Shown here one piece after another: positions 15,981 through 24,612 of a DNA stretch of 36,643 bases (position 1 is the first letter of the stretch; each line of letters begins with the position of its first letter). This DNA comes from Betaproteobacteria bacterium. Its GTDB lineage: Bacteria; Pseudomonadota; Gammaproteobacteria; Burkholderiales; Burkholderiaceae_C. A model generated the notes under the pieces. That model saw nothing but the letters and a program-made list of their open reading frames with translations. It made no database searches and was not told where the DNA came from. Position numbers and translations under genes: made by a program. The stretch is from NCBI GenBank assembly GCA_043760045.1, contig JAYUPP010000166.1, forward strand, positions 1-36,643, given 5' to 3'.

Positions 15981-17294
15981 GTGAACTCACTTCCTTGGCT
16001 GGCTGCCTGTGCTCTTGCAGGCAGCTTGGCATGCGGGCCGGTTTCGGCCCAGCCTGCCGCACCCCTTGAGCGCCCGCCGTCCGCTGCAACCGATTCATCA
16101 ACACTTGCATCTGCATCTGCATCGGCATCCGCAGCTGCATCGCCAAACCCCAGCATCAGCCTGCGCGCGGCGCTGGAAGCGGCTTGGCAACGGGCCGTTG
16201 CAGCCCGCGAAAGTGAAGGCCAGCGGCGTCGCGCCGAAGCCGAACGGGTAGCCGCCGGCAGCCTGTGGCCGGCACCACCTGCGCTGCAACTGAGCCACCG
16301 TGATGACCGGCTGCAAAACAATGCGGGCCGGCGCGAAACCGAATTCGGCGTGGCAGTGCCGCTGTGGTTGCCGGGCCAGAGATCAGCCCGCGCCGGCACC
16401 GCTGAAGCCGCTGCGGCACAGGCCCAGGCGTTGGAACAGATGGCCCGGCTTCGACTGGCCGGTGAACTGCGTGAACTGGCGTGGCAGCTGGCTGCGGCGC
16501 AAACAGAAACCACCCAGGCCGCTGCCTTCACGCAAACGCTGCAGCAGTTGGCCGACGACGTGGACCGCCGCGTTCGTGCCGGCGATTTGGCACCTGCCGA
16601 CGCGCTGGCGGCGCAGGCCGAACTTTTGTCGTCCCAGGCGCAACAGCTGGACGCCGGCCAGCGCCTGCGAGTCGCTCGCGGGCGCTGGGTCTTGCTGAGT
16701 GGGCAGGCGGCCTGGCCGGAGATGAACACGCAGGCCGACACTGAGACAACGCCGGCAGCCTTGGCGCTGCACCCGGAACTGCAACTGGCCAGCCTGGCCA
16801 CCGAACTGGCGCGCAAGCGTGTTGAACTGCTGCGCCACTCGCGCCGCGACGCGCCCGAACTCACGCTGGGCCTGCGCCAGAACGTGGCGGGTCGGGCCGA
16901 AGGCGCACAAGGCAGCCTGGCCATTGCGCTGCGACTGCCCCTGGGCACGGCCGACCGCAACCGGCCGCTGGAAGCGGCCGCGCTGGCTGAACTGGACGTC
17001 GCCCAGACCCATGCCGAGCGGCTGCGTGAACGCATCGAAAGCGAGATCGCGGCAGCACACGATGCCGAGCGCTCGGCGCAGGCGCAGCTGGACGCCGAAA
17101 GCGCGCGCGCCCGGCTGCTGCTGGCACGGACCGAGCTCATTGACAAGTCGTACCGCGCGGGTGAAACGCCTTTGCCCGACCTGCTGCGCGCGCGTGCCGC
17201 CGCTGCGCAGGCGCACAACGCCGCCGCGCGCCAGACCGCTGCACGGGGCCTGGCCTCGGCCCGCCTTCAACAAGCCCTGGGATGGATGCCATGA
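15981..17294 (+). CDS. TolC/CzcC-family outer membrane efflux protein
   Basis: Signal peptide, OEP-type helical repeats, RVRAGDLAPAD, SYRAGETPLPDLL. RBS AGGAG; upstream of MFP and RND genes. Confidence 0.9.
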   Translation: MNSLPWLAACALAGSLACGPVSAQPAAPLERPPSAATDSSTLASASASASAAASPNPSISLRAALEAAWQRAVAARESEGQRRRAEAERVAAGSLWPAPPALQLSHRDDRLQNNAGRRETEFGVAVPLWLPGQRSARAGTAEAAAAQAQALEQMARLRLAGELRELAWQLAAAQTETTQAAAFTQTLQQLADDVDRRVRAGDLAPADALAAQAELLSSQAQQLDAGQRLRVARGRWVLLSGQAAWPEMNTQADTETTPAALALHPELQLASLATELARKRVELLRHSRRDAPELTLGLRQNVAGRAEGAQGSLAIALRLPLGTADRNRPLEAAALAELDVAQTHAERLRERIESEIAAAHDAERSAQAQLDAESARARLLLARTELIDKSYRAGETPLPDLLRARAAAAQAHNAAARQTAARGLASARLQQALGWMP

Positions 17295-17956
17295 ACAACG
17301 TCTTCAACCGCTGCAAGGTGCAGCAACTTGCACCGCCACACGCAAAGTTACTGCGGCCTGCGGCCCTGCTGGCCTTGCTGCTGGCCAGCCACCCCCCGCT
17401 GTCAGCCGCCCCCGGTGCCCACGGCCCGAATGGCGAACACCTGGACGCACCCACGGGCGTGAGTGCCGCGACGCGCCAGCCGCGCATGGAAACGAAGACC
17501 GAGCAGTTTGAACTGGTGGCCACTTTGTCGGGCAGCGAACTCTCGGTCCTCATCGACCGTTTCGAAAGCAACGAACCGGTGTTGGGCGCCGAGCTTGACG
17601 TCGAGTCGGGTGGGCTGAAGGCGCGCGCCAAATTCCACGCCGACCACGGTGACTACGCGGTCGATGACGCTGCGTTCCTGAAAAAACTGGCACAGCCGGG
17701 TGAACATGCGCTGGTCTTCACGCTGAAAGCAGGCACCGACAGCGACTTGCTGGATGGCACGCTCGTCAGCGTTGCAGCTGCTGCGGCGGCGAACGGTCAC
17801 GGCCACGCCGGGAACCCGGATGACCACGGGCATGACCCCGCGCTGGAGCGCAAAGCCTGGGCAGGCGCCGGCGCAGCGGCGCTGGTTCTGGTGGCCGCTG
17901 GCGCCTGGTGGCGCCGGCGCCGGCGGCAGGCCCGCAAGCTGCAGGGGGGTCTGTGA
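17291..17956 (+). CDS. Periplasmic accessory protein with C-terminal membrane anchor (unknown function)
   Basis: Signal peptide, APGAHGPNGEHLD, FHADHGDY, His-rich linker HGHAGNPDDHGHD, TM segment followed by WWRRRRR. Overlaps both neighbours (ATGA, TGATG). Confidence 0.8.
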   Translation: MNNVFNRCKVQQLAPPHAKLLRPAALLALLLASHPPLSAAPGAHGPNGEHLDAPTGVSAATRQPRMETKTEQFELVATLSGSELSVLIDRFESNEPVLGAELDVESGGLKARAKFHADHGDYAVDDAAFLKKLAQPGEHALVFTLKAGTDSDLLDGTLVSVAAAAAANGHGHAGNPDDHGHDPALERKAWAGAGAAALVLVAAGAWWRRRRRQARKLQGGL

Positions 17957-19116
17957 TGAAGCACAAACTTGGGTGGTTCTTCGGGGGTGTGTTGCTGCGG
18001 GTGCTGGCAGCCATCGTGGCCTTTACGCTGCTGCTGAACGTGGCCCGCGCCGCACCGGGCGCACACGGCCCCAATGGTGAACATCTTGACGCGCCCGGCG
18101 CGGCCGTCAACGCCTCGGGCCTGGCGCGTTTGCCTGACGGCAGCGTCAACGTGCCCAAGCTGGCCCAGCGGCGCCTGGCGATACGCACCGTGCTGGCGCC
18201 CGCATCAGAGGCTGCAGCCACGGTTTTATTGCCGGGCCGCGTGGCGATGGACCCGAACGCCAGCGGGCGCGTGCAAGCCGCGCGGGGCGGGCGCATCGAG
18301 CCGGGTCCACAAGGGCTGCCCGTTGCCGGACAGGCTGTGAAGCGCGGTGAGGTGCTGGCCTATGTGCGTTACCTGGCCGACCCGTATGCGCTGGGTGCCC
18401 AGCAGGCCCAGTTGGCCGAACTGCGCGCGCAGCGGCAACTGGCCGAGCAGCGTGTGCTGCGCCTGCAAGGCCTGGAGGGCACGGTGCCGCGCAAGGACAT
18501 CGAAGCGGCGCGCAGCGAAGCTTTGAGCCTGGCCGAGCGCGAGCGCAGCATCGGGGGCAGCCTGGTGGCCCGTGAAGCCCTGCTGGCCCCCGTCAGCGGC
18601 GTGGTGGCGCGTGCAGACCTTGCCGTGGGCCAGGTGGTGGAGCCGCGCGATGTCTTGCTGGAAGTGGTGGACCCGGCACGTTTGCTGGTTGAAGCCACGA
18701 CTGCAGATGTCACGCTGGCAGCGCAGCTGGCTGGCGCGTCGCTGCAAGGCGTGGCGGGCGTGCGCTTGCGCCTGTTGGGGGCTGCGCGTGCGCTGCGCGA
18801 CGGCGTGTTGCCACTGACCTTTGCCGTGGCACCCACCCAGGCCGGGTCGGCGCTGCCGCTGGCGGTGGGCCAACCCGTGACGGTGGTGGCGCAATCCAAA
18901 GAGCGCATCCAGGGCGTGCTGTTGCCGGCGCAAGCCGTGGTGCGCAACCCGTCCAACGAGCCCATCGTCTGGATCAAGTCGGGCGCCGAGCGTTTCGTCC
19001 CGCAGCCGGTGCAGTTCCGGCCACTGGACGCCGGCACGGTGGTTGTCACCCACGGCCTCGGCGCTGACAACCGCATCGTCGTGCAGGGTGCGGCATTGAT
19101 CGCGCAGATTCGCTGA
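17956..19116 (+). CDS. RND efflux membrane fusion (adaptor) protein, CzcB/CusB-like
   Basis: Lipoyl half-motifs GQAVKRGEVLA and APVSGVV...VGQVVE, coiled-coil hairpin, C-terminal GLGADNRIVVQGA. Confidence 0.9.
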   Translation: MKHKLGWFFGGVLLRVLAAIVAFTLLLNVARAAPGAHGPNGEHLDAPGAAVNASGLARLPDGSVNVPKLAQRRLAIRTVLAPASEAAATVLLPGRVAMDPNASGRVQAARGGRIEPGPQGLPVAGQAVKRGEVLAYVRYLADPYALGAQQAQLAELRAQRQLAEQRVLRLQGLEGTVPRKDIEAARSEALSLAERERSIGGSLVAREALLAPVSGVVARADLAVGQVVEPRDVLLEVVDPARLLVEATTADVTLAAQLAGASLQGVAGVRLRLLGAARALRDGVLPLTFAVAPTQAGSALPLAVGQPVTVVAQSKERIQGVLLPAQAVVRNPSNEPIVWIKSGAERFVPQPVQFRPLDAGTVVVTHGLGADNRIVVQGAALIAQIR

Positions 19117-19127
19117 CATGCCAGCTC

Positions 19128-19199
19128 CCGCATTCACTTCGTTCACGGCTCCCCCAGGGGGCGTTCAGTCGGCCTGGCAACGGCCCGGCGCCGACTGAA
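19128..19199. repeat. REP-like intergenic element with 10-bp inverted repeat
   Basis: ttcagtcggc (19164-19173) / gccgactgaa (19190-19199), preceded by cacttcgttc...ctcccccagggggc. Resembles dispersed Burkholderiales intergenic repeats (from recall); single copy in this window. Confidence 0.5.
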
Positions 19200-19210
19200 G
19201 GGTCACAACC

Positions 19211-22200
19211 ATGTTCAATTGGATAGTTAGCACCAGCCTGCACAACCGCTTGTTTGTGCTGGCGGTGGCGGCGCTGTTGATGGCGTATGGCGCGTTCACC
19301 GCCTGGCGCACACCCGTGGATGTGTTCCCCGACCTCAACAAACCGCTGATCACCGTGCTGACCGAAGCCGGCGGCATGGCGCCTGAAGAAGTGGAGCAGC
19401 TGGTCACCTTTCCGCTGGAGACGGCGCTCAACGGCATGCCGGGCGTGACGCGCGTGCGCAGCACCTCGGGCGTGGGCTTGTCGCTGGTGTACGCCGAGTT
19501 CGCATGGGGCACCGACATCTACCGCAACCGCCAGTTGGTGGCCGAGCGCTTGGTTGTGGTGCGCACGCAGATGCCGGGCAACATCACGCCCGTGATGGGG
19601 CCGGTGTCGTCGATCATGGGCGAGGTGATGCTGGTGGCGTTGCCGCTGGTTGCGGGCGACGGCAAAACTGCCGTCGCCACACCGATGCAGGCGCGTGAAT
19701 ACGCCGACTTCGTGCTGCGCCCGCGGCTGCTGTCCATTCCCGGCGTGGCGCAGGTCATTCCCATCGGCGGCGAGGTGCGCACCTTGCGCGTGGCGCCCGA
19801 CACCGCGCGCCTGGCGCAGTTCGGCGTTTCGCTGACGCAGGTCGAGCAGGCGCTGAAGGGCTACGCCAGCAACGCGGGCGGTGGTTTCATCGACCTCAAC
19901 AGCCGCGAATACCTGATCCGCCACCTCGGCCGCACGAACCGCGCCGAAGACTTGGGCGGCATCGCAGTGGCCTGGAAAAACGGCCGCGCGATCCTGCTGG
20001 AACAGGTCGCGACGGTCTCGTTTGCCGCCGGCCTGAAGCGCGGCGACGCCGGCTACAACGGCTTGCCGGCGGTGGTGGTCAGCGTGCAGAAACAGCCGCA
20101 GGCCGACACGGTGCAGCTCACCGCGCAGATCGAAGTGGCGCTGGCCGAGTTGCAACAAGGATTGCCCAGGGGCATGGCCGCACCGCGTGTGCTGTTCCGC
20201 CAGGCCGACTTCATCAAGGCGTCGGTCGGCAACGTGGCCGAGGCGTTGCGCGACGGCGCCATCATGGTGGCCATCGTGCTGTTCGCGTTTTTGCTGTCGG
20301 TGCGCACGACGGTGATCTCGCTGGTGGCGATTCCGCTCTCGCTGGCCGTCACCGCACTCGTCTTCCAGTGGCTGGGGCAGTCGATCAACGTCATGACGCT
20401 GGGCGGCCTGGCGATAGCCGTCGGCGAGCTGGTGGACGACGCGGTGGTGGATGTCGAGAACATCTTGCGGCGCCTGAAACAACACAAGGCGGCCGACAAC
20501 CCGCTGTCGGGGCCGCAGGTGGTGCAGGTCGTGCGACGCGCCAGCGTCGAGGTGCGCTCGGGCATCGTCTACGCCACCGTCATCGTGGTGCTGGTATTTG
20601 TGCCGCTGTTTGCGCTGCCCGGCATCGAAGGGCGGCTGTTCACGCCGCTGGGCATTGCCTACATCGTGTCGATCCTGGCTTCGATGTTCGTCTCGATGAC
20701 GGTGACACCGGTGATGTGTTTTTACCTGCTGCCAACGATGAAGCGCCTGAACCACGGCGACAGCCCGCTGGTGGCGTGGCTGAAGCGCCAGGACAGCCGA
20801 TTGCTGAGCTGGTCGTTCGGCCGCGCCAAACTGCTGATAACGCTGGCCGTGCTGGCGGTGGCCGGCGCCGCGGCCACGGTGCCCTTCTTCCCACGCGCCT
20901 TTTTGCCGGCCTTCAACGAGGGTTCACTGGTGCTGGGCCTGGTGATGCAGCCGGGCATCGCGCTGGCCGAATCCAACCGCATCGGCGCGCTGGCCGAAAC
21001 ACTCATCCTTCAGGTGCCCGAGGTCATGCAGGTGGGCCGCCGCACCGGCCGCGCAGAGCTGGACGAACATGCAGAAGGTGTGCACGCGGCCGAGATCGAT
21101 GTGGACCTCAAACGCCAGGGTGACGGCAGCACCCGTGACCGCGAAACCATCATGGCCGACATCCGCGAGCGGCTCTCTTCACTGCCGGCGCAGACCACCA
21201 TCGGCCAGCCCATCAGCCACCGCCTGGACCACCTGCTGTCGGGCGTGCGCGCGCAGATTGCGCTGAAGATATTCGGCGACGACACCGACACCCTGCGCGG
21301 CCTGGCCGAACAGCTGCGCGGGCAACTCGCGGGCGTGCCGGGGCTGGTGGACCTGACGGTGGAAAAGCAGGTGCTGATTCCGCAGATCACCGTGCGCCTG
21401 GACCACCGCAAAGCCGCGCAGCTGGGCCTGGCACCGGGCGAAGCCATCCGCGTGCTGAAAGCGCTGACCGATGGCGCGCATCCGAATCAGGGCGCCGACA
21501 TCGTGGACGGCCCGCGCCGTTACGAACTGGTGCTGCGCTTGCCCGACCACCAGCGCAGCCCGCAAGACCTGGCGCGCACGCTGATCGACACGCCTGCCGG
21601 GCGTGTGCCGGTTTCGAGCATCGCCAGCGTGGAAGAGACCGACGGCCCGAATCAGATCGGGCGCGAAAACGGGCGCCGCCGCATCATCGTCTACGCCAAC
21701 ACCGATGGCAGCGACATGGGGCGGGTCATCAAGGACATCCGCAGCATCATTGCCGAAACACCTTTGCCAGCTGGCAACTTCGTCAGCCTGGAAGGCCAGT
21801 TCCAGGCCCAGGAACAAGCCACGAGGCTGATCGCCGGCCTTTCGGTGGTGTCGCTGGCCATGATGTTCCTGGTGCTGTACACACGCTACCAGTCGGTGGT
21901 GCTGGCCGCCATCATCATGGCCAATATTCCGCTGGCGCTGATCGGCTCTGTCGTCGCCATGTGGCTGGCCGGCGTTCAACTGTCGGTGGCGTCGATGGTC
22001 GGCTTCATCACACTGGCCGGCATCGCCACCCGCAACGGCATTTTGAAGATCAGCCACTACATCAACCTGTGCAAGTTCGAGGGCGAGACCTTCACCCAAT
22101 CGATGGTTGTGCGTGGCTCTCTGGAACGGCTGACACCCGTGTTGATGACGGCGCTGGTGGCCGCATTGGCGCTGACGCCGCTGCTGCTGGCGGCCGACGC

Positions 22201-22387
22201 GCCGGGCAAGGAAATTCTGCACCCGGTGGCGGTGGTGATTTTTGGCGGGCTGGTGAGTTCAACCTTGCTCGACACCTTGCTGACGCCGGTGCTGTTCTGG
22301 CTGTTCGGCGAGCGGGCGACGATGCGGCTGACGCAGCTTGAGCCTGAGCCGCAGCCCGGTGCAGCCGGCACGCAGGAAGCCTATTGA
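19211..22387 (+). CDS. CzcA/CusA-family heavy-metal efflux RND permease
   Basis: 1058 aa; [24 protein letters not shown]4 [56 protein letters not shown]. Confidence 0.95.
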   Translation: MFNWIVSTSLHNRLFVLAVAALLMAYGAFTAWRTPVDVFPDLNKPLITVLTEAGGMAPEEVEQLVTFPLETALNGMPGVTRVRSTSGVGLSLVYAEFAWGTDIYRNRQLVAERLVVVRTQMPGNITPVMGPVSSIMGEVMLVALPLVAGDGKTAVATPMQAREYADFVLRPRLLSIPGVAQVIPIGGEVRTLRVAPDTARLAQFGVSLTQVEQALKGYASNAGGGFIDLNSREYLIRHLGRTNRAEDLGGIAVAWKNGRAILLEQVATVSFAAGLKRGDAGYNGLPAVVVSVQKQPQADTVQLTAQIEVALAELQQGLPRGMAAPRVLFRQADFIKASVGNVAEALRDGAIMVAIVLFAFLLSVRTTVISLVAIPLSLAVTALVFQWLGQSINVMTLGGLAIAVGELVDDAVVDVENILRRLKQHKAADNPLSGPQVVQVVRRASVEVRSGIVYATVIVVLVFVPLFALPGIEGRLFTPLGIAYIVSILASMFVSMTVTPVMCFYLLPTMKRLNHGDSPLVAWLKRQDSRLLSWSFGRAKLLITLAVLAVAGAAATVPFFPRAFLPAFNEGSLVLGLVMQPGIALAESNRIGALAETLILQVPEVMQVGRRTGRAELDEHAEGVHAAEIDVDLKRQGDGSTRDRETIMADIRERLSSLPAQTTIGQPISHRLDHLLSGVRAQIALKIFGDDTDTLRGLAEQLRGQLAGVPGLVDLTVEKQVLIPQITVRLDHRKAAQLGLAPGEAIRVLKALTDGAHPNQGADIVDGPRRYELVLRLPDHQRSPQDLARTLIDTPAGRVPVSSIASVEETDGPNQIGRENGRRRIIVYANTDGSDMGRVIKDIRSIIAETPLPAGNFVSLEGQFQAQEQATRLIAGLSVVSLAMMFLVLYTRYQSVVLAAIIMANIPLALIGSVVAMWLAGVQLSVASMVGFITLAGIATRNGILKISHYINLCKFEGETFTQSMVVRGSLERLTPVLMTALVAALALTPLLLAADAPGKEILHPVAVVIFGGLVSSTLLDTLLTPVLFWLFGERATMRLTQLEPEPQPGAAGTQEAY

Positions 22388-22426
22388 TTTGCAGTTTGTG
22401 ATTTTCAGTCTGTGATTTGCAGTCAG
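22385..22426 (+). repeat. 14-bp tandem repeat x3 starting at the RND stop codon
   Basis: tgatttgcagtttg tgattttcagtctg tgatttgcagtcag. Confidence 0.85.
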
Positions 22427-22480
22427 GCCCGGCGGCGCCGCCTGTACCAGTGCGCCGCACCCTTGAAAGTGATGAATGAA

Positions 22481-22855
22481 ATGATGAACAAGCTGTTGAC
22501 TGCCGCCGTGCTGGGACTTGCGGTGTTGTCGTTCAATGCCGCCATGGCCCATGGCGGCGCCCAAGCCAAACATGGCGGCACCGTCGCCACGGCCAGTGAT
22601 CTGGGCTTTGAGCTGGTGGCCACCGCAGGCGGCGCGGTGCTGTATGTCGAAGACCACGGCAAGCCGATGGCGCCCACCGGAATAACGGGCAAACTGACCG
22701 TGCTGCATGGCAGCGAAAAGTCGGAGGCCGAATTGACCGCAGCTGGCGACAAACTTGAAGCCAGAGGCTTCAAGCTGCCCGCCGGGGCCAAAGTGGTGGC
22801 AGCGCTGAGCACGCCGGCCAAGAAGGCCGTTACGGTGCGGTTTACGGTGAAGTAG
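22481..22855 (+). CDS. Small periplasmic protein with predicted mature N-terminal His (candidate metal chaperone)
   Basis: Signal peptide ...NAAMA then HGGAQAKHGG, followed by a beta-rich body. Start could be 22472, 22481 or 22484. Confidence 0.8.
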   Translation: MMNKLLTAAVLGLAVLSFNAAMAHGGAQAKHGGTVATASDLGFELVATAGGAVLYVEDHGKPMAPTGITGKLTVLHGSEKSEAELTAAGDKLEARGFKLPAGAKVVAALSTPAKKAVTVRFTVK

Positions 22856-22868
22856 CGCGTTCGAGCCC

Positions 22869-23435
22869 ATGGGTTTTTCTGCGTTGTCTTTGCCCGCCCT
22901 GCGCGGCGGCCTGCTGGCGCTGCTGGCTGCCGTGCTGTTTGGCGTCAGCACACCGCTGGTGCAGCAGTTCGGCACCGGGCTCGGGGCCTTCAGCACCGCA
23001 GCGCTGTTGTCTGCGGGGGCAGCCGCCGTGGGCTTGCTGCGCCGGCGCAACCACCGCGAAGCAGGTTTGCAGCGCAGCGACCTGCCCAGGCTGCTGTTGA
23101 TGGCCGGCTTCGGTGCCGTCATCGGCCCGGCGGCATTGGCCTGGGGGCTGCAGCGCACCCGCGGCACCCGTGCGTCTTTGATGCTGACGCTGGAGGCTTT
23201 TTTCACCGTTGTGCTGGCCTGGCGCCTGTATCGCGAAACCATGGCTGGCCGCGTTTGGGCGGCCCTGGGGTTGCTGCTGGCCGGCGCCATGGTGCTGGTG
23301 CTCGACCAGCACGAACCCCACACGAGCCCGCACGACCCTGTGCCCATAGGTGAGCACAGCCATGTTCACCGGCACCAGCCGGTGCAGCATGTGCATGCGC
23401 ATGTGCCCGATGCGCACCACGTCCATCGGCACTGA
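22869..23435 (+). CDS. EamA/DMT-family transporter with one repeat plus His-rich tail; possibly internally deleted
   Basis: LLAAVLFGVSTP, EAGLQRSDLPRL, GAVIGPAALAWGL, ASLMLTLEAFFTVVLAW..YRE, then an abrupt switch to HEPH...HSHVHRH...HVHAHVPDAHHVHRH. Confidence 0.72.
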   Translation: MGFSALSLPALRGGLLALLAAVLFGVSTPLVQQFGTGLGAFSTAALLSAGAAAVGLLRRRNHREAGLQRSDLPRLLLMAGFGAVIGPAALAWGLQRTRGTRASLMLTLEAFFTVVLAWRLYRETMAGRVWAALGLLLAGAMVLVLDQHEPHTSPHDPVPIGEHSHVHRHQPVQHVHAHVPDAHHVHRH

Positions 23436-23444
23436 CACAAACCG

Positions 23445-24479
23445 TCAGGCGCGGCCTGCTGTTGGCATTGCCAAGCGTTGTTTTACGGCCTGCACCAGCG
23501 GCGCGATGCACGACGGCGGGAACGGCGCCACGCTGCTGACGTTGATTTCGCACAGCACATAACGCTGCGCCTCGCCGGGCGGGGTCTCGCCCAGCATGAA
23601 GTCGCAGTCCCACAGCAGCGGCAGGTGTTCATGCGCCAGGCCCACGCGCTCGCGCAGCAGCGTCACCCATGTGCTGTCCAGTTGTTGCCGCAGACTTTGG
23701 AAGTCAGGCATGTCGGCGCCGTGGTACAGCCGGGGCCCGGCTGACGCAGCTTCGGGGTGCAGTGCGTTGATGGCCTGGTGGCCGAAGCCGGCCACGCGGT
23801 CTGCCACCAGATAAGCCCGCACCATGCCCTCGGCCAATCGCGGCTGCCAGGCCTGGTCGACCATGTGGCCACCTGCAGCGGGTTCGAAGTAGGGTGCCAG
23901 CGTGGCCTGCAAGACGGCCAGGTTCATGTGCTGCGGCGTACTGCCACGCTGCGCATGCTGGACGCTGAACGCACCACCGCCAGCCTGTTCAACCCGCCAC
24001 ACGCCGATGCCGCTGTGGCCGCGGTGCTGCTTGAGCACCCGTGCGCCCCGCTGCAGGCGTTGCGGCAGTTCCGCTGCCAGCTGCGCCAGGCTTTCGATGC
24101 GCGCCACGTCGCTGCCCAAGGGCAGGTCACGCGTTTCGAAGAGCACGTCTTTGGTGCCCAGGCGCTGGATGGCTTCAGGGTGCGCGCTGACCCACACCCC
24201 CGCCTGCGCTACCCGGCGCAGCACGGCGTCAAGCCGGTCGCGGCGGCGCCCATCTTCGATCGGGTTGCACCACACCAGCACGGCCTGCACCTGCTGCAAC
24301 TGGGCTTGCACCTCGTCGGCAACGTCGTCGTGCCAGACGGCGGGCTCGGCCGCCACGCCAGCGGCAGCAAAGGCGTCAAACAGCGTTGCAAAGCGGCTGG
24401 CTTGCGGGTCGGCGCGGTTGCGTGCGGCGCGGTCGCCGGGGTACAGCAGCGCCACTCTTGGGGCGGGTGAAGTGTTCAT
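23445..24479 (-). CDS. ATP-grasp-fold protein, Cj0069-like family
   Basis: VLVWCNP, HPEAIQRLGTKDVL, RVLKQHRGHSGIGVWRV, LLWDCDFMLG, YVLCEINVSSV. Confidence 0.75.
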   Translation of the reverse strand: MNTSPAPRVALLYPGDRAARNRADPQASRFATLFDAFAAAGVAAEPAVWHDDVADEVQAQLQQVQAVLVWCNPIEDGRRRDRLDAVLRRVAQAGVWVSAHPEAIQRLGTKDVLFETRDLPLGSDVARIESLAQLAAELPQRLQRGARVLKQHRGHSGIGVWRVEQAGGGAFSVQHAQRGSTPQHMNLAVLQATLAPYFEPAAGGHMVDQAWQPRLAEGMVRAYLVADRVAGFGHQAINALHPEAASAGPRLYHGADMPDFQSLRQQLDSTWVTLLRERVGLAHEHLPLLWDCDFMLGETPPGEAQRYVLCEINVSSVAPFPPSCIAPLVQAVKQRLAMPTAGRA

Positions 24480-24600
24480 GGTTTGCCCAGCATAACGCTC
24501 GACGCCAGGGCAGCCGGGCGGCAGTTGGGAGACAGCCGGGCGACAACCGCGTGGCAACGCGGGTGGCAAGCGGGTGGCAAAGCGGGTGTGGGTGGCTCTC

Positions 24601-24606
24601 TAGAAT
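24601..24606 (+). promoter_or_regulatory. -10 element TAGAAT for dnaE, probable leaderless transcript
   Basis: TAGAAT followed by 6 nt then ATG 24613; no SD. Imperfect gcgggtggcaa repeats lie upstream at 24549-24588. Confidence 0.6.
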
Positions 24607-24612
24607 CGTTGC

